This document shows, in pieces, positions 28,501 to 32,000 of a DNA stretch of 32,000 nt (its first letter is position 1; each line of letters starts with the position of its first letter). The position numbers and the translations under genes were made by a program. The notes beneath the pieces are model-generated. The model was not told the DNA's origin. It did no database searches and saw only the letters and a list, made by a program, of their open reading frames with translations. Location of the stretch: contig NC_006139.1 in the NCBI RefSeq assembly GCF_000025945.1, positions 30,001 to 62,000 on the forward strand. The letters are read 5' to 3'. Origin of the DNA: Desulfotalea psychrophila LSv54 (lineage in GTDB: Bacteria; Desulfobacterota; Desulfobulbia; Desulfobulbales; Desulfocapsaceae).

Positions 28501-31500
28501 AACGGATGATGAAGATACCGTCCCATCATAGGTTTTGGTGTCGGTCACAGGCGTTAAGGTCAGGGCCACCTTGTTAATGGTCCCGATATCTCGACTGATA
28601 TCTGTCGAACTCACCTGATACCCATAAACCACAATTTCCCCATCATGTGCAGAAACAATACTCAACGGATTCACTGTGATATTTTTTTTGGTATCGGCGT
28701 TTTTCGTGTTAAACGTGCCGGAAGTACTCAATTCAACGCTATCAGTACCAACCAGGCCTGAAACGTCGTAATTGCTCTGAACCAGGGTTGCATCCACCGT
28801 TCCGTCATAATCCCTTACAACCGTTCCTTGTAGATCGACAACGAGTGAAGGATCAAGGGAGTACAGGAACCCATTACCAGTGGCACCGGTTGCAACATCT
28901 TTAGCACCATAGGTTGCATTGTATTGCTTGAAGTTCGGAGTCAATCTATCAAGAGTATCTAACGTCGGATCAGCTGACCAAACCTGCCAATGACTCCCCA
29001 GGGGAACGGTTAAACCAGCGGCACCTGCCTTGTTAGTAAAGTTCGCTGCACTGACAAGAGTAATATTTGAGGCCCCAGTAACAACTATAGCTGCATCCAG
29101 AACAAGATCACCACTGGTTGTTTTTAACAACACATCACCTGACGCCGTAATTCCTGTGACGGATGCTACTTGGCCAACAGTCAGTGCCTGAGCATTGGTC
29201 AACGATAGTGAACCAACCAAATTTGCAGAAAGTTTCTTGATCTGGTTGGCGTTTGACAGATCGATAGTTGTTGCATTTGATAGTGACAGCCCATCTGTCT
29301 TAATAATAGTGCTACCAGACTGGGTAATAGTTCCGCTTGTATTGACGGTTAAACTTCCTGATTTAACTTCTCCCAAAAAAATATTATTTTCGGCAGCAAT
29401 TGAAGCATCCATATTGATAGCCGAGACAGAAACTATCCCGCTAAACCTGTTAGCCGTATCAGGCAGAGCCAGGGCACCTTCACCAACTACAGTAGGAGTA
29501 ATGCTGTTATTTTTGCTACTTTTCTGGACCACTAAACTAGCAGCTGCCAGATTCAATGTCCCATCTTGGCGGATCCCAGTGATGTTTTCTATACCACTAT
29601 CATAATAAACGCCCTTGGTAGTAATTTTTAACAATCCACCAATCTGATTATTATCTACTAAAGTTACAGCACTGGCATCTGTCACTCCAGTAATGCTTTC
29701 TCCACCGGCATCACTGATGATCCGAACACCGTCAACAATATTAATTTTGTTAATAGTTGTAGACGTTGTCGTTATACCATCTTTCGTCGCCGTAGCGACA
29801 AGATTTCCCGAACTCATAGTAAGAGTGATCACCCCAAAGAGTCGAACTTCGTTACCTTGGGCAACAGCGCCGGTTCCACCAGCGATGAAGTTGCCACTGG
29901 TTGAACCTTCTACGAAACTACCGTCCGGAGTGCTGAATTCACCGCCGACGCGCAGATAAGCCCCATCCTTTTGGGTTATTGCTGCGCTGCTGTTGAGGTT
30001 AAAATTGCCACCGATCAGGGTGTCATCCAGCACCGTGCCATTGGCATCATTGTTGGTAAATTGAACATTGCCGGCATCAAACGAACTGGCATCAATGGTC
30101 ATATCTCCATCGATTGCCACCACGCTACCCACAGACTGGCTCAACAAACCACCCACAGTCAGGGTGACGTTAGAAGTGCCAACACCATCAGTAATACCGA
30201 CGATTTGAAGCTCACCACTATCGATAGTACCAATCTCGACACCATCGGAATCAACAAAAACCAATGCTGCATCACCAGAGAGTAACGCTGCCAGTGTATC
30301 AATATCATTACCTGTGTTAGCCAGTGTGGCGTCATCGGTTGACTTGATCGCTAATTGCGCCGCATTAATCGGTGCGGAACCACCTTGAGTGACTCCTGTC
30401 GATTCAATACGCAGGATATTCAAAGCATGATTAGCACCAACGGCGGCAACGAAATTCTGACCTGCCGCGTTGGCTGAAGTTAAGCGCAAGCTGCGCAGAG
30501 TTAGGTCGGCATCACTATCAACCGTTGAGGCAAAGCCAATGCTGCCCGCCGTAGTTCCGGTACTCATGCTGACATCCCCGGTCAATTCCACAGCCGAGGT
30601 AAAGTTAATGTTAGTACCAACGGTGGTGATGGCACCAGCCAAGTTATTCGGGCCAGCACCATTTTGGGTAAAACCACCAGCGGCGTCAATGTCGCTAGCT
30701 GCCGCGGTAGTAAACACACCCGCGTTGGTTGCTTCGACCGTACCACCGCTATTCAGCCTGGCATTAACATTGAACGCCGCGCCGGTGAAATCGAGGTTGC
30801 CGCTGAGAGTGGCAATGCCATTTAACGTTGTTGTGCCAGAGCCCGCTTGCTGGGTCAGACTGGCAGCATCAATGGTGTTGGAGAAGGTTACGTTATCTGC
30901 ATCGACAATTGTTAGGGCATTAAGGGTATCTGCCCTGCCAACTGCGGCAACAAAGTTCACGCTCTGCCCGGCAGCATCAATCGTCAGATCACGGTTCTGG
31001 CCAACATCGCTATTAACGCTAGCAGCAAAGTTCACAGTGCCACCACTGGTCAGCACAGTATCGGCGCGAAGAACAACGGCATCATTATAGTTTTGAGCAC
31101 CAGTTGTCTCGATACTGCCGCCGTTAATCGTTGTACTCCCACCGGCATTAGTTGTCAGACTGGCTGCCTTTACTGCGCCAGTGAATGTTGTTTCGTTACT
31201 ACTATTAACACCCAACGCACCCAACACCCCATCGACAAGATCGCCAATAGCACCACTGAAGGTCGCCGCGCCGCTACCACTGTTCACTGCCAAGGCGTTG
31301 GTTTCGCTGGCCTGGGAATTTACCGTACTGTTAAATGTTACCGCATTGTCGGTAGCTGTCAGTGTTGTACTATTACCAAGGATCACTGCTCCTGTGTAGG
31401 TTTGTGCATTGGCACTGGTCACGGTATCGGTATGAATCTCGGTAGTGCCAGTCACCGCTAGCGTACTCAGACCAGTCACTTGGTCATCAGTCGAATTGCC

Positions 31501-32000
31501 CAGCACGACATTGCCATTAATGTCCAAGCTGTGATTATTGCCGGTTAGCGTATCACCGGTGATCACCGTGGTGGCGGTCAGGGTCGTATCGGCCCCCAAC
31601 ACCAGCTGTTCAAGATAGATTTGCGTCCCGGTCGTTGTTACCGACCCGCCATTGACATGCACCGCTCCCGGCGCATCGGTGTAAACACTCGTTGCCGTTA
31701 CCGCTTTGTCGAAGCGGGTCAAAGCACCACAATTGACGACAATTGCGCCCAGTTGTTCCAGGGCACCCAGTGTGTCTAGAAAGCTAACATCGCCGCTCCC
31801 GGAAGAGATGGTCAAATCATCAGTTTCACCAACAGCCGAATCAACGGTGCGGCTGAAGGTAATATTACCGGCACCGCTGTCGCTATCCATGGCGACGGCA
31901 TCATTCAAGGTAATGGCTGTCACGAAAATAATATCATTGTTGACTGTGGTAATATCGCCGGATAGCTCGTTAACACCCGTCCCGTCCTGGCTGAAACCAC
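25523..32000 (-). CDS. Giant TpsA-type adhesin with FHA-like repeats and MBG/YDG domains; split by a frameshift at about 27820-27845 and open at the right edge
   Basis: ORFs 25523-27820 and 27820-31923(+) contain recurring 'YNGLGQKVTGFTATGL...AGTYSHTASGTDRNYKLTFVAG' and 'NKVYDATTATTIDTTGAAYTGLLGSDVVTVS' repeats. The frame stays open through base 32000. Confidence 0.85.
27845..28320 (-). repeat. Tandem ~234-bp (78-aa) MBG-type repeats in the adhesin
   Basis: 'aaggytgccggcaacaaaggtaagcttgtagttccggtcagtaccgctggcagtgtggctataagt' recurs at about 27850 and 28084; corresponding protein repeats are ADVIVTANSNTVTYNGLG... Confidence 0.9.

Noticed and set aside
27769-31461. Several plus-strand ORFs (246, 136, 206, 122 aa and others)
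   Set aside because: Antisense to the repetitive TpsA adhesin; their internal repetition simply mirrors the repeats of the real gene.
1-32000. Retron, CRISPR-Cas, tRNA or rRNA genes
   Set aside because: No reverse transcriptase motif, no regular repeat-spacer pattern, and no tRNA/rRNA-like conserved sequence was recognised by eye; a tRNAscan/Rfam run would settle this.

Overview
This looks like an accessory, mosaic region from a proteobacterium. Lineage cannot be fixed from sequence alone. From left to right: (a) a decayed defense/TA zone holding the C-terminus of a DUF262/DUF1524 (GmrSD-like) protein, an internally deleted IS5-family remnant, fused Fic/HNH gene scraps, and an RnlA-RnlB type toxin-antitoxin pair with rnlA split by a +1 shift; (b) a run of minus-strand hypothetical genes, several membrane proteins, separated by attC-like recombination sites, i.e. 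an integron-cassette-like array with no integrase visible (CALIN-like); (c) a GC-rich, translationally coupled operon of acyl-CoA synthetase, pyruvate/2-oxo-acid dehydrogenase E1alpha, E1beta and E2, and a stand-alone acyl carrier protein, followed by lipoate-protein ligase; (d) a plasmid-like module with relaxase, MobC-like protein, an iteron-like inverted-repeat cluster, an AT-rich tract, a junction-folded RNA/terminator in the leader of a putative replication gene, a HigBA-like TA pair, and a KfrA-like coiled-coil DNA-binding protein with a TGTAAACA/TGTTTACA operator cluster; (e) an IS256-family transposase gene interrupted by an IS903-like IS5-family element with a perfect 9-bp target duplication; (f) a two-partner secretion locus (TpsB transporter plus giant MBG/YDG-repeat adhesin, split by a frameshift and running off the right edge). 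The best candidates for new biology are the ACP embedded in the E1/E2 operon, the structured RNA upstream of the rep-like gene, and the uncharacterised cassette genes. None of these is proven to be a new system. All family calls come from remembered motifs; no searches or folding software were run.
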